Shown here one piece after another: positions 1-13,120 of a DNA stretch of 64,000 bases; the stretch's first letter is position 1, and every line of letters begins with the position of its first letter. The DNA comes from Eledone cirrhosa (lineage: Eukaryota): the NCBI GenBank assembly GCA_964016885.1, contig OZ024740.1, forward strand, positions 192,882,001 to 192,946,000, given 5' to 3'. Position numbers and translations under genes: made by a program. The notes under the pieces are model-generated. The model was not told the DNA's origin. It made no database searches and saw nothing but the letters and a program-made list of their open reading frames with translations.

Positions 1-361
1 CCATGACCTCTGACGTCACACAGTAATACAGAAGACCCAACCCCCCACAGGAGGCTGAAGCATATAGACAATATGCCCCCACACCCTCCCACTGCAAAGT
101 GGTCATGGAGGTGCCAAAACAAAAAAGCACCCAACCCACACTGTAAAGTGGACGTGTATGCGCCACAGAAAAAAGCATCCAGCACCCAGCACTGACTGTA
201 AATGAGGTTGGTGTTAGGAAGAGCATCCAGCTGTAGAAATCAAGACAGAATCAGTTCCTGTAAGAGCAAGACAAGGTCAGCCGACTGGACACTGCCTACA
301 ACAGGACAACCCGTCTAACCCATGCTAGCATGGAAGAACGGACGTAAAACGATGATGATGA
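1..361 (+). mobile_element. 3' end of RTE-type LINE/derived element with internal ~50-bp repeats and (GAT)n tail
   Basis: Ends in aacccatgctagcatggaagaacggacgtaaaacgatgatgatg. Start resembles the ORF end of the copy at 8680-9300. Repeated cactgtaaagtgg units. Confidence 0.75.
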
Positions 362-407
362 TATATGCAACTGGCCTGTCCTTTGTCATAATGGGACCAT
401 CTAGTTC

Positions 408-581
408 CACACAGTAAATGAGGTTGGTGTTAGGAAGAGCATCCAGCTTTAAGAAACGCAGCCAAATTTACAGTTCCATCTGAGCAAGTTATGGTGTGGC
501 TAATTTGGTCAGACTTGTCTCATGACATAACACATCTAACCTATGCAAGCATGGAAAATGGATGTTAAACGGTGATGATGA
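408..581 (+). mobile_element. second truncated RTE-tail element
   Basis: gtaaatgaggttggtgttaggaagagcatccagct is identical to 198-232; ends gcaagcatggaaaatggatgttaaacggtgatgatg. Confidence 0.7.
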
Positions 582-1156
582 TACAGAATAAATTCTCTAA
601 CAGTAATAGAAAATATACAGTATAAAGGGATGATCTGTAGTAATAAAAAAAATATGCATCAGAGATTTTGTAGATTAGTTTATTGAGTTAATTTTCCATG
701 GTGTTGTGAAATAATCTAACATTGTGAACACTTATCCTTCTTTGGAGTGACAGAGAATGAGTGCTGTCAATTATGCCACAATATTATAAACAGAATAGTA
801 TCTTTAGTTTTATTACTTTCCAATGAAATATTAACTATAGCCTTATTATTTTCAAATATGATCTAGAATATTATGCAATGTAAATATAAATGCTTATAGA
901 GGAAGTTATACATTAAAAAGTAATTAATTTATTTGGAGTAGTTGTTTTTCCAGTATCATGATTTCAGTTATCGCTTACTTGATTAAGGTGAAAATGGGAT
1001 ATCTTTAAGTAATGATTGTCTCAGTTCATCCTCATTTATTATATCATGTCTTAACTATATATAAACATGATATATCAGATATCATTTCAATTTGAGTTTT
1101 TGTTTTATATTTCCAGCCAGCTTGTAAAATATTAATCTGCTCTCCCAGCCCCCAAA

Positions 1157-1340
1157 TAATTGTTTCTTCTTTTGGCACAAGGCCAGCAATTATCCCAGTA
1201 TATTACTGGTACTTTATTTTATCGACCCCGTAGGGATGAAATGCAAAGTTAACCTCGGTGGAATTTGAACTCAGATCATAAAGGGCCGTAACTCTTTGCT
1301 GCAAAGCATGTCATCAGACCCTATACCGATACTGCCAATC
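1157..1340 (-). mobile_element. tRNA-derived Meta-domain SINE, young subfamily
   Basis: A-box-like TGGCAGTATCGG and B-box GAGTTCAAAT on the minus strand; Meta-like core. Imperfect TSD cccagccc..aaataat (1144-1160 / 1340-1356). Confidence 0.85.
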
Positions 1341-1555
1341 CCAGCCCAAAAATAATATGTGGTAATAAGGAATCAATTTGAAAGTATCAACCCTATTGTG
1401 AAAACAAATTTAAGATCCTAAATAGTTTTAAAGAATACAATACTACACAACACTATATGAATAATCAGTTTTAAAAAGAAAACAGTATTATATAAGAAAT
1501 GTGGTATGTCTGAAAGAATGTATTCAGCAAATACATTTTCTTCAGCATATAGAAA

Positions 1556-1738
1556 TAATTGTTTCTACTTTAGGCACAAGGCCAGCAATTAACCAGTGCA
1601 TTACTGGTACTTTATTTTATCGACCGTGTAAGGATGAAAGGCAAAGTCAACCTCGGCGGGATTTGAACTCAGATCATAAAGGGACGTAACTATGCTGGAA
1701 AGCATGGCGTCCGACCCTCTACCGATACTGCCAATCCA
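1556..1738 (-). mobile_element. Meta-domain SINE, young subfamily (ttccagca/gttgac variant)
   Basis: Near-identical reverse complement of the copies at 32595 and 52759. Confidence 0.85.
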
Positions 1739-2881
1739 CAAAATAATATTGTTAAATAAAGGAAAAATATGAGATGTTAAACTATAAAGATTTACATAAA
1801 TATTAAAACAATGAAAATAATAAACTATATCATTTTTTACTTGCTTTGGAAGCATATTATCGATATGATTTATAGAATATTCCTGTGTTGATTGCAATAT
1901 ACATAATCTGCATAGCTCAATAATAGAAACAAATCTAAAATATCCCAAGATTTCAACATTGTCTTTTACTACTACTAATCTAGCCATAAACAAATAAAAT
2001 AACCCCACAAAAACAAACTAAGACCACATATTAGAAGGAAAAGGCAAAAAATATATAGCTGGTCATGCTTTTAGAGATATTCTAAGATAAGAGTGTAATA
2101 CTGTTTACATCTTATTACTTTTGAATATTGATTTTATAAGACATGTGTTTTATTATTTCCATTCTTAATAAGAGACGGATCCATTAAATATTATTGCAGA
2201 AATATTGAAAGAAACATAATGATAATGGATAAGTAAATATAATCCTAAAATCTAATGTCAGTTGCACACATGAGAAAATACACAGATATAACAAATGACC
2301 ACTACAAATATTGTTTTCCTCCAATATCCTGAAAAATCGGTAAATTGAAATATAATGAGCCCTATTAACATCAAAATAATGCTTTATGTCTTGCGTGAAC
2401 ATTTTCGTCCATAAACGGATTGGAATTTTGTTTCAAATTTTTCTGAAATTCAGTTTCAATTTAAATCCACAGAAACTTTAAAATCGTTGGTACATTTTTT
2501 GATATTGTGAACATGCATATCATTCATATAATTTCATTGGATCCTTGTTTAGAAAAAATGTGAAACAATTTTTTTTTTAAATCAATACAAATAAAATTAT
2601 ATATAACTAAGGATTAAAATGGATATCTGAATAAATAAAACTAAACAAAGACATTTTATAAAACTCAAAATATATTCATACATTAATATTAATGGTAAGA
2701 CAGCTATATCAAAGCATTACATGCTACATGAAAATTTTATTGCTCATTTATGTTTTGCATTCATGATTACACACTCATAATAACACACTTATCCAAATTC
2801 ATATTTACATAATGACATCCACATAGAATATAATAGTTTTACTTCAACTGGTTTTAAGCTCCTTTACTTCTTTCTATTTAG

Positions 2882-2975
2882 AATTTTGGATCATCTAGAT
2901 GACAGGAGAAATAAAGGATGCTCTGGGGGGAAGCGGCAGAGCATTATCCTGTCAAGTATTTTCAAGCCAAATTGA
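2882..2975 (+). other. possible terminal coding exon (ILDHLDDRRNKGCSGGKRQSIILSSIFKPN*)
   Basis: Pyrimidine tract + AG acceptor (cctttacttctttctatttag); one open frame; locally GC-richer, non-repetitive sequence; no homology recognised. Confidence 0.25.
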
Positions 2976-3335
2976 AATAAATTTTAAATGGTGTAAGCTG
3001 ATTTTTTTTGTTAAGAACACATAGAAAGTCTTTTCATTCAAAATATCTGATATTTGTGAAAAAGGAATATTGCATTCAAAAGAATTATATTTTAGTATTT
3101 AAAAATGTCTCTATTTTCTAAATGGAAGGATTTTATGAATGCCACTTTCTAATTATTTTATTTTATTTGTTTAGGATTATCCAATAGATGAAATTAAACA
3201 AAATGTTATTAGCACTTAAAATTCCCTCATTGGACATAGTATAAGAATACAATTACGAGATTGCTAAACAATGTTATCAACATTGACTTATTAGTTTTAT
3301 CATTACTATTATTATCAATTACTATTATTATTATT

Positions 3336-3516
3336 GGTCGATTGACAGTATCAATAGAGCATCAGACACCATACTTTGCAGCATAGAGTTATGTCCCTTT
3401 ACGTTCTGAGTTCAAATCCTGCAAATAAAATAAAGTACCAATCACGCACTGGGGTTGATTTAATCTACTTTCCCCACCGCCAAATTGCTGATCTTGTGCC
3501 TATATAAGAAACCATT
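3336..3516 (+). mobile_element. older, longer-linker Meta-domain SINE inside an (ATT)n tract
   Basis: tRNA-like head, ctgagttcaaatcc, aaagtacca..cactggggttgatttaatc..ttgtgcc tail. Confidence 0.75.
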
Positions 3517-3771
3517 ATTATTATTATTACCATTATTACTGTTGTTGTTCCTGTTGTTGTTGTTATGGTTGCTATTCTTGTCAGCAGTGGATTGGCAGAA
3601 ATTTTATAAATTTGGAGAAAATGCCTAAAAAATCCCACTATTTATGCTTAAGGATCATACTTGCAAGTTGAACTTTGCCTTTCGTCTTTCCAGGGTTGAT
3701 AAAATAAAATACCCAATCAACTTTTTTCCATCACCAAATTGCTTGTATTGTGCCTAAATTGGAACCCAGTA

Positions 3772-4635
3772 ATCATCATCATCATCTTTTTACATCTGCT
3801 TTTCCCTGCTTGCAAGGGTGGGATGGGTCCTCTTCAGCACAGCATCTCTCCATTCGTCACAGTCCCCCATCATCTCCTCTGTGAGCATCAGCGATCTGAG
3901 GTCAGCTCTCACCACCTCCACCCATCTTTTTCAGGGTCTTCCTCTGCTGTGTCTTCCTTCCACCAGGATTTCTTGGCAATTTTTCACCCAGCTGTCATCT
4001 TCCATGCACATCACATGGTCATACCAACACAGTCTTCTCTCCTGCACACTACAGTTTATCCCTCTTATACACAGTTGCCCTCTCAACTCAACTATGCCTG
4101 TTCACACATTGACATTGCACATCACTCGGAGCATGCTTGCTTCATTTCTCTCCAGCCATCACATTTCCTCCACAGTTGCTGCCCATGTCTCACTACCATG
4201 CAGCATCGTGCATCTCACACAAGTATCATATAACCAACCTTTCATTCATTGGGGGAAACCCTTCATTGTCAACAGAGGAAGCAGCTCCCTAACTTTCTTC
4301 CATCCAGTCCTTCTTCTAGAAACTATGGCCTGGCATCCCCCGCCTCCTTTTCTACATGGCCATTTCTCTAGTGGAAGCAGAGTTTTGTCCTCTTTCCTAC
4401 TTATTAACAATTTAGTCTTTGCTAGGTTCACTCTCAGTCCTTTTGATTCCAACTGCTGTTTCTATGGTCAGAATCTATTCTCTAGCTCCTCTACTGATTC
4501 TGCTATAAGTACCAGATGATCAGCATAGAGAAGTTCCCATGAACAGCCAATCTTAAACTCCTCTGTTATGGCTTGGAGAACTATAATGAGTAAGAGTGGG
4601 CTGAGGACCTAACCCTGATGTACTCCATCTTTAAA
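3772..4635 (-). mobile_element. RTE-clade LINE fragment (RT C-terminal region to 3' tail), decayed
   Basis: Minus translation GVHQG*VLSPLLLIIVLQAITEEFKIGCSWELLYADHL...LESKGLRVNLAKTKLL; (GAT)n tail at 3772-3786. Confidence 0.85.
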
Positions 4636-4927
4636 ATTATTAGAATGTTCATCTTAGATGCGTCTACATTACAACATTTCACCATTAATCTAATTCTTGT
4701 GTCCTTACATTAGTGAGGGCCAGCATTCTGAGATCATTCCACTTCTGTTATTTCTTCTACAGTCACGACTGCATGGTACATGTTCAACTGGCAAGGTTTA
4801 TATATGCAGTTGCTACCCATTATATGCCTTTCAATCTTTTATACATATTAATGTTAAACATCCAATACACGAACGGACATCATTACCCTACAAGTATACC
4901 CTGCAATCCTTCATACATTATTGTGTG

Positions 4928-5231
4928 CAGGGATGGATTTTAACATCGGGGTGCCCGGGTCACTTCATGTTTGCGGGATACTGCATACACCAAAGATTAG
5001 AATATACAGCAAACCCCTCATTTTACATGTCAACGTTAGCTTGGTGCTTGTAATTGAAATTGAAAAGTTATATACACAGGTATAAAATACAAAAAATTCT
5101 AATCAGCCTAAAACTAAAAATCCCAGTTGAAGAGGCAAATAAATTGTTATTGCCATCGCTGTTGGGGCTCCTTCTGCAAAAAGACTGGGGAAATTGCTCC
5201 TTTTGACCCCTTCCCATTAAATCCAGCTTTG
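4928..5231. mobile_element. non-autonomous hAT-type MITE
   Basis: Imperfect terminal inverted repeats cagggatggattt / taaatccagctttg; exact 8-bp TSD attgtgtg at 4920-4927 and 5232-5239. Confidence 0.75.
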
Positions 5232-5890
5232 ATTGTGTGCTGCATCTGGATATGTTGTTGGTATTGTTATCTGGAGTTTATCATGTGATTAGATTCTTCA
5301 ACATTCTCAACCTGGCAATATGGCCAGCATTGATCATGACACAGCTTGTGTCCTAATAGTATTGCCCTGAGTAGGACTCCCCCTTCCTATTTTCACTCTT
5401 TATCGGCACCTGCTTGAAGTAACCTTTACTGCATCAGTGGCTGGCTAACGAGTTGGTTTTTAGTATAACGTAATACTCAGCATGCCATAGTATTTGCTGA
5501 GTGACTGGTCTCTTCATTATGCATTGCTTGCCAGCCACAATTTCTGCATAAATTGCCCTCCACACATAATCCGAATGCCTATATAACTAGCAGCATTAAG
5601 ATTATTTCACATCCTCCAGAATTATTAAAGCCATTATTTACATGATGTTATAGTTGTGGATACAGATTCAAAACCTTATTTGAAGTCTCCACCAAAACAT
5701 TGATCATATGATTATGTGTTACCTCTTGATTATCTAAATTGAAAATGTAAAGTAAACAATTTTAAAATGGATAGAAAATATAAATTTACCACAATTAACT
5801 CAGTTAAAATAGTTGCGTACACTGCTTTTCATTGATGTATTTTAATGGCTAAGCCAAAAGAGAATTGATAGCATTAATGTACTTTTGCAG

Positions 5891-6070
5891 GGCGGTGGAT
5901 TGGCAGTATCGGTAGAGGGTCGGATGCCATGCTTTGAAGCATAGAGTTACATCCCTTGCCATTCTGAGTTCAAATCCCGCCGAGGTTAACTTTGCCTTTC
6001 ATCCTCACGGGGTCGATGAAATGAAGTACCAGTAATGATGCTGGCCTTGTGCCAAAAGTAGAAACAATTA
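5891..6070 (+). mobile_element. Meta-domain SINE with long TSD
   Basis: Full head, Meta core and tail; direct repeat attaatgtacttttgcagggc at 5873-5893 and 6067-6087. Confidence 0.9.
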
Positions 6071-7597
6071 ATGTACTTTTGCAGGGCACCAAGATGGTCA
6101 GGGATTATTTCCAGACTAGAGGTCTTATCTGAATGATAACAATAGAGTGGACTTTGCTAAATTCACTCAAGTTCAGAGAAGAAGACTGTTTAAACCTACT
6201 ATCCGTGAATAAATACCGATAACTCAATGTTAAGGAATAAAACATTTTTACAAGGAGCTGTCTCACTGAATATTAAACTATGTGATTGAGAAGTAAACTT
6301 CCTTCACTTAATGTTACACACTCACACATATCTATATATGTTTATCTTATTGTTAGAAAGCCATGACATACAGATGTTATATCACATACCTATGTAAACA
6401 TTCTAATGTATTATTCCATCAACTTGATTTAGTATCATACAAATACCAATAACCTGCTATATTTAATATGCAATCTACATGATATTCAATTATTATTTAT
6501 TTGCCACATTATGCAGAATTCAGCAACTTATTGGGTTATGAGTTTTCATCTAAATGTTAAGTTAAATTTGAAATACAGACTATATAAAAATACATAATAC
6601 AAGTATGACTAAAACTGTTATGATATAACAAGATTACAAAACTATGATTTAGTTATTTATGTCAAACACAATTCATGAATTCATGAATTATTCAGAGTCA
6701 TAATTTAGAGTATATTTGGGCTTATACTAAAATGAATTCAGATGATCTCCAGAAGATAAGAAATATTTACTAAAATATACATGTGTTATTAATTGTACAT
6801 CTCAGGGCATAATTGATAGAGTGTCAGGTAAAATTCTTTTTAATATATAGATGTATTACATTCTACATTCAACCCTGAATGAGGTTCATTTTTGTCTTAC
6901 ATCTTTGAGCCAAGTTAATCAGCTATAGCTTTCTCCGAAATAGGAGGCTTGTAGCTATATGAGAAAACAATATTATCCAGTGTCCTCTCCCCCAAAATGT
7001 ATGGTCTTGTGACAACATTAGTATTATTTGTGCATCTGAAAAACAAATGAGTATGATTAAATATGAGAAAGAAATCAAGTTACACTGTTTTAAAAGTTGT
7101 GGAATTCTAAAGATGTGAAACAAATTAGAGCTTATTTTAAGAGAGCTACACAGGCATTTTTAAATGATGCATACTATTACTGTTTAGCACCAGATCAACA
7201 TTTTTCAAGTAGTCCCATAACCGAAGAAATCTCAGCTATAGCCATCAAACTGTTTTCTTTTAGAAAGTGTAAGACTATATACATTGAAAGCAGGTAGGCA
7301 TAAACTCTTGCCAATTTTAACAAACACCATAGGTGGATTTAGCAGAGTCCATTTATTTGCAATCATTCAGAGAATGGTTCAGGTACGATGATACCTTTCT
7401 TCCTCCCTCTCACCTATCTTGAAGGTGAGGAAAGAAGGTCATAAGCAGTGCCTTTTCTTCACTGCTTAGACAATATAAAATAAGATGTGATCTGAGAGAG
7501 ATTTGTCCACTACTTGTAAACATTAGAGCTGAGAATGGCATGTTTAGAAAATAAGTGTGAAGGTAAATTATGTATTAAGTAATGATAGCAATTCTGA

Positions 7598-7870
7598 AGT
7601 CGCATGGCTTAATAGTTAGGATGTTTGACATACAATTGTATTGTTGTTAGTTCGATTCCTGGACAGGCTACTGCTTGTTTTCTTTAGAAAAACAATTTAT
7701 TTCAGATTGCTTCAGTATACTCAGCTAAGATTGTCAAGACCTGTGCCTAGAGAGTTAAACTGTGATAGATTGGTACCCTATCCAAGGAGAGTCTTGTAAT
7801 CTCAGTTGCTTAGCACCAAGGAAACTGAGGATAAACCCCTGTATGAGCAGCCATCGGCTTAGAACAGACT
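7598..7870 (+). mobile_element. old tRNA-derived CORE/V-like SINE
   Basis: A-box-like tggcttaatagttagg, B-box gttcgattcc, degenerate CORE-like segment, V-like tgatagattggtaccctatccaagg..gaaactgaggataa. Confidence 0.5.
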
Positions 7871-8393
7871 ATAATGATAGTGATATATTTGTGACTCTAG
7901 AATCATTCAATATATATTTGACAAACAATAGTGTTATTTTAGTGAAATAGAGCAAACCTATTATTGAATTATTCCCAAACCTAACGTTTTAGAAATTAAG
8001 TTGAATACAGCAAAGAAAGGTCAAGCAGTCTTTATTTTCTGTTACTTAATGCAAAAATAATACACGAATCAAAATAAATATGTTCTTTTAGCAAATAATT
8101 TGAGTTTTTAGTTTTACTAATTGTAACAATTGGAATTGATTGCATAAAAATTGATATTATAAAAACGTCTAAAATGTAATATACAAACATATAATAAATT
8201 TAGGCATGTATTAGTGGGTGTATGTGTATAAATCATATATAACATGTATTTTGCAACTAACCATATTGGAGCTTTAATCAGTTACAATAAGCTCGAATCT
8301 AGGATCAATTTATTTATCAGGCACAAGGAGGATTAGAATATATATAAATATGTGTATAGCTTGTATACACGGAAAACAGACGATAAATGATAA

Positions 8394-8572
8394 TAATTGT
8401 TTCTACTTTTGGCACAAGGCCAGCAATTATCCCAGTGTATTACTGGTACTTTATTTTATTGACCCCGTAAGAATGAAAGGCAAAGTTAAACTCAGCGTGA
8501 TTTGAACTCAAACCATAAAAGGCTGTATCTCTATGCTGCAAAGCATGTTGTTAGTCGCTCTACCAATACTGC
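8394..8572 (-). mobile_element. Meta-domain SINE
   Basis: Aligns by eye to the family consensus. Confidence 0.85.
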
Positions 8573-8635
8573 TATATATATTTATATGGCTGGAACAGGT
8601 AAAAGAGTAAAAGAGAGTATATATGTGTGTGTGTG

Positions 8636-8678
<43 letters not shown>

Positions 8679-8679
8679 T

Positions 8680-9300
8680 ACTCGAGAGAAGACTACGTTG
8701 GTATGGTCACGTGATGCGCATGAAAGATGACAGCTGTATAAAAAAGTGCAGGGCAATAAAAATAAACGGTAGCCACGGAGTAGGCAGACCCAGAAAAACC
8801 TGGGACGACTTGATAAATTCCAACCTCTCACACTTACACCTCTCCAAGACAATGTCACTGGACCGAGAGCTTTGGCACTACACAGTAATAGAGAAGACCT
8901 GCCTTACCTAAGTACAAAGTGAAACCTACTACAGTCAATAGGCACCTCTAACAAAATACACCCCCGTCCCACTACCCCCACCCCATCCACACCACCCCTT
9001 TCAATGTAAATTTATGTTGGTGTCACAACATCCAGCCCGAAACAAATGAGGTTGTGTAGGTGTCACGACAAAAAAAAAAACACACAGTCCACGCTGTAAT
9101 GTGGCCGTGTAGGCAACACGGTAAAAACCTCCCAGTCCCACACTGTAAATGTGGTTGGTGTTGGGAAGGGCATCCAGCCGTAGAAAACCCGCCAGACAGT
9201 CCTATGCGAGCAAGACAACCACTCTTGCCTCAAGTGGGAAAACTCCCGTCCAAACCCATGCAAGCGTGGAATATGGACGTTAAACGATGATGATGATGAT
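8680..9300 (+). mobile_element. 5'-truncated RTE LINE (ORF C-terminus + 3' UTR)
   Basis: ERRLRWYGHVMRM...GVGRPRKTW is a typical RTE C-terminal motif; tail ggacgttaaacgatgatgatgat. Confidence 0.88.
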
Positions 9301-9523
9301 ATGTATATATATATGTATATGTATATATATATGTATATATGGTTATCTCAATGGCTGAAAACTCTGGAGTTCTGTCTTTTGTTTCTATTTTTATATTCAA
9401 ATATTCAAAAAATATTTTTGTAAGGCTTCCCCTTTAAAAAACTGTTTGTTGTTTATACATATATACATATTGAGTACCTTACTTACTGTGGTTGAACCCG
9501 GAATAAACCTATATATATATATA

Positions 9524-9590
9524 TTGGGTCGTCAAGTATGAAATTTGTATAAAAAACAGATTTCTACAAATTTCATAATTGACAACCTAA
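9524..9590. mobile_element. mariner-type mini-MITE (TIRs only)
   Basis: ttgggtcgtcaagtatgaaatttgta ... tacaaatttcataattgacaacctaa: ~26-bp inverted repeats with 3 mismatches, TA on both sides. Confidence 0.65.
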
Positions 9591-10054
9591 TATATATATA
9601 TATAAATATAAATTCAACAAGAATCGCATTTCGGCAGGTAGAAAAAGCGAAACGAAACGCAAAAATCTGAATTATGCTGGCAAGCCCCCCATAGTTAAAA
9701 AAACAGAGCTAAACAATATGTTAAAACGCCATACAAAACTGAAAAAATGGTCAAGAAAGCATCAACCACCTAAGCCAAAAAGAAAATCAAGCTAAACAGG
9801 TCAAAACAAAATAAATGATAAAAAAATGATTTAAAAAAAAAATGATTAAAAAAATGATAAAAAAACATATATATATATATATATATATATTTTTATAATT
9901 TCCTGTTGGAAATTAACTAGGAGAGTAGGTAAATATTCAAATACTAGACTTACAATGAGTTTGAAGGGAAAGAGAAAAATTATATATAAACTAAATATGC
10001 ATATATCTATAAATATATAGAAAGAAACATAGATGGGTAAGTAGATAGATAACT

Positions 10055-10555
10055 GGTGTCCACAAGGGCAATCCATTGGGGCCTATCTTCTTTTCTCTCA
10101 TGGTAGACAACATTGCACATTGCATCACTACACATCTCAACATCTGGTACCTGGACAATGTGACAATAAGCAGACCCACAGAGTGTGTTGTCATCATCAC
10201 CACTCAGTGGTTCCTGCTCTGGAAAGGATTGGCCTCAAGATCAAGTCATCCAAGTCGGAGGTCATAAATATCAATTATAACACAGCGGGCTTCCGTGGCA
10301 TCCATATCGGAGATGTGATTATAACTCTATCAGTTGCAAGTGACCTCTTATGAAGACGTCCTCATCTTCAGTTAACCAATCCTCACACATGCTACTCTCT
10401 CCATCATTCAGCAGGCTGAACCTGATCATTGCCCACCTGTTACTCTTTCTGTTAAGGAACTGCTTCACCATGCTGAAACTCTTATACACCTTCTGCAGTA
10501 CCCATTGCTACAGCCAAGCATCTCTCCTCACATATCTCAATGCTTGCATCTGACA
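10055..10555 (+). mobile_element. CRE-like (RLE-type) non-LTR RT fragment, decayed
   Basis: Frameshifted G-xQG-PLGPIFFSL..LNIWYLDNVTI..ERIGLKIKSSKSEV, resembling the QGDPLGP/WYLDD motifs of CRE-group RTs. Confidence 0.6.
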
Positions 10556-10850
10556 CAATGACCGTATCTCAGATTATTATTCTTGTTTTTGTAAGAGTGA
10601 AGAGAGAGAATTGAGAGATATTTGGCTACTGTTTCCAACTTGATTTCCTACATTGGCTTATAAACCAAAATGTTAAAGTGTTACAATTACCCCATGACAC
10701 TACAAGAATTTTAAAAAATCAATATACAGCAACTTGTTTGTATTTAACTGTATTCCTCCCAAGTGGCTGCTGGTTCGAAGATAAAAAAAAACTCTCATAA
10801 TTTTTTGATAAAATTTTCATTAAGATATGTTCTAATCTCCAGATAAATAA

Positions 10851-11124
10851 TAATATCTACTTTTGACACAAGGCCAGCTACTATCCCAGTGTATTATTGG
10901 TTCTTTGCCTTTCATCCTTACGGGGTCGATAAAATAAAGTACCAGTAATGCACTGGGCATGTTGCTGGCCTTGTGCCAAAAGTAGAAACAATTATTGGTG
11001 CTTTATATAATTGACCCCGTAAAGGTTAAAGTTAAAGTTAAAGTTAACCTCAGCACCATTTGAACTTTGACCGTAAAGGGCGATAACTATATGCTGCAAA
11101 GCATGGCGTCTGACCCTCTACAGA
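10851..11124 (-). mobile_element. Meta-domain SINE (host) interrupted by an inverted copy
   Basis: Tail portion 10851-10901; resumes at ~10991 and continues to the head. Confidence 0.8.
10903..10994 (+). mobile_element. 5'-truncated Meta-domain SINE nested in a SINE
   Basis: TSD attattggt at 10893-10901 and 10991-10999. Confidence 0.85.
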
Positions 11125-11597
11125 TATAATAAGAGAATTTTCGAAATTAATTGAAAATCATAGACTGTGTCATATATATGATATATGTTAAATAAAGGGT
11201 TACAATATAGTTTGCTGAGAATGATATATATAAAAGTAATATATATATATTCTTCAAAAATTAATATCAGATATATTATGTCAAGAGAAGAAAGTGAACT
11301 ATATATCTTAACTTGAAATTAGATATGTATGGTTAAATGACAAGAGTTGAAATTGATAAACTTTCCTTCAAGTATATCGATGTCTTTGTGAGTATAATTA
11401 TATGAATGTGTAATTAAAGTTTCTTATTCCATATAACTGCAGAAATATAGAAATTGTGAAGGCATGTAACTCTGTGGATTGCATATGGTCTTTCTTTTCT
11501 TAATAGTCATATCAGAAGCTAACAATAATATGGATATGAATAATATTAAAAAACAGGAATTATTTTTGGATGTACTTCTTCTAGGTTACTGCCCTAA

Positions 11598-11791
11598 TAA
11601 TTGTTTCTACTTTTGGCACAAGGCCAGCAAATATCCCAGTGTATTACTGGTGCTTTATTTTATCGAACCCGTTAAAGATGAAAGGCAAAAGTTAACCTCG
11701 GCGGGATTTGAACTAAGACCATAAAGAGCTGTAACTCTTTGTTGCAAAGCATGGCGTCCGACCCTCTACTGGTACTGCCAATTGACTGCCC
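11598..11791 (-). mobile_element. Meta-domain SINE with TSD
   Basis: Direct repeat actgccctaataat at 11588-11601 and 11785-11798. Confidence 0.88.
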
Positions 11792-11849
11792 TAATAATGG
11801 GCTCTTTTTCATGAGCAACTTGTTCCACCACAAAGCCATCAAAAATGTG

Positions 11850-13120
11850 TATGGTATAAGGAGAATCAAGGACAGAGATCAATGATTGATTTTGTCATGG
11901 TCTCTGATCTCTTCAATTTTGTCTAGATATGTATGTTAAGAGGGGTCTAAGCTGATAACCAATCACTATTTAGTTATCTGCAGCCTGAGATTACCTAAGG
12001 CCAAGTGAATTCACAAAACTTACAGTTCTTGTTCAACCTACAGGATAAAGTAGGAAGCACTGGCTGATAAAAAAAAGTCAGGAACAGGTTTGTAGATACT
12101 ATTGCATCAAAATACAGAGAGCTCCCTGAACAAACTGAGGATGTTGCAAAGAGTATAGACAGTTCAGCTCAGCAATTTCTGCTTAAGCTGAAGAAGAAAA
12201 GAAGGAGGAATACAACGATTGGCTTGGAAACAGGTCCACTTTCTAGCACTTTACAAGTAGGTGTGGAAAGTCACAGCAGAGACAGTAAAGGCATCCAAAG
12301 TTAGGATATGGGAGGAATTTGGGGTTAAGCTGGAATCTGACATCAGATACGCATACAAAGTCTTCTGGTGGACCATCCATCAACATCATAATAAGGTCCT
12401 TCTCCACACCTGCTCTCAGAAACTCGTCTCAGAATCTTCTTTCTTCAGAGAGGTGCTCGGTGCAAAGTAGAGAAAATAATTTGCTGATCTTCTAAACTAA
12501 ATCAGAACAGCATCAGATGTACATGAAGGGCATCTGAGAGTGAGGACTAATCTCTCAAAGGCTGATGTAACCATTAAAGAGCTCAAATGCGACAAAGTAT
12601 CTGAGGAGGATGAAATTTGTATCGAGATATTGAACAAATTAAATAGAAGTTATTCTGTTGCCAACTCGTGTGTCAGGTGGATTGGATCCCTGGAAAGGCT
12701 CCTAATTGTTGGCAATAGTACAGGAAAATCCTCATTTTCAAAAAGGGAGTAAAAAAACATTGCTCCAAATATAGAGGGAACTCTTTGTTAAGCTTCCCCG
12801 GTAAATTCTATGCCAATTGTCTAGCAAAGAGATGTAGGGATAATGTTGAGTTCAAGCAGGCTGGCAAACAGTTTTTCGAGAAATCATGAGAGTATTGCAA
12901 AGAGGTGTATGCTTGTTTCATAGACCTTGAAAAGGAATATGACCGCATTCCATTGGACCTTTTGTGAAAGGGTCTGCAGGATTATAGGATTGATGGACAG
13001 CTTCATGTTGCCCTGATGTCTTAATATGAATGCCCTAATATTTGAGTCCAGATAAATTGTTCTCAGCCAAAATCATTTAATGTATTTGTCGAACTCTCCC
13101 ATTCATAATCTTCATGGACT
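11850..13120 (+). mobile_element. decayed RTE LINE (endonuclease C-terminal part to RT)
   Basis: Remnant motifs MIDFVMVSD, YRG-SLLSFPGKFYA, FIDLEKEYDRIP; many stops and frameshifts. Confidence 0.75.

Noticed and set aside
3739-4519. 164- and 233-aa plus-strand ORFs
   Set aside because: Antisense shadow of the minus-strand RTE fragment
5891-5985. tRNA gene suggested by A/B boxes
   Set aside because: SINE head; no acceptor stem or cloverleaf, and it continues into the Meta domain
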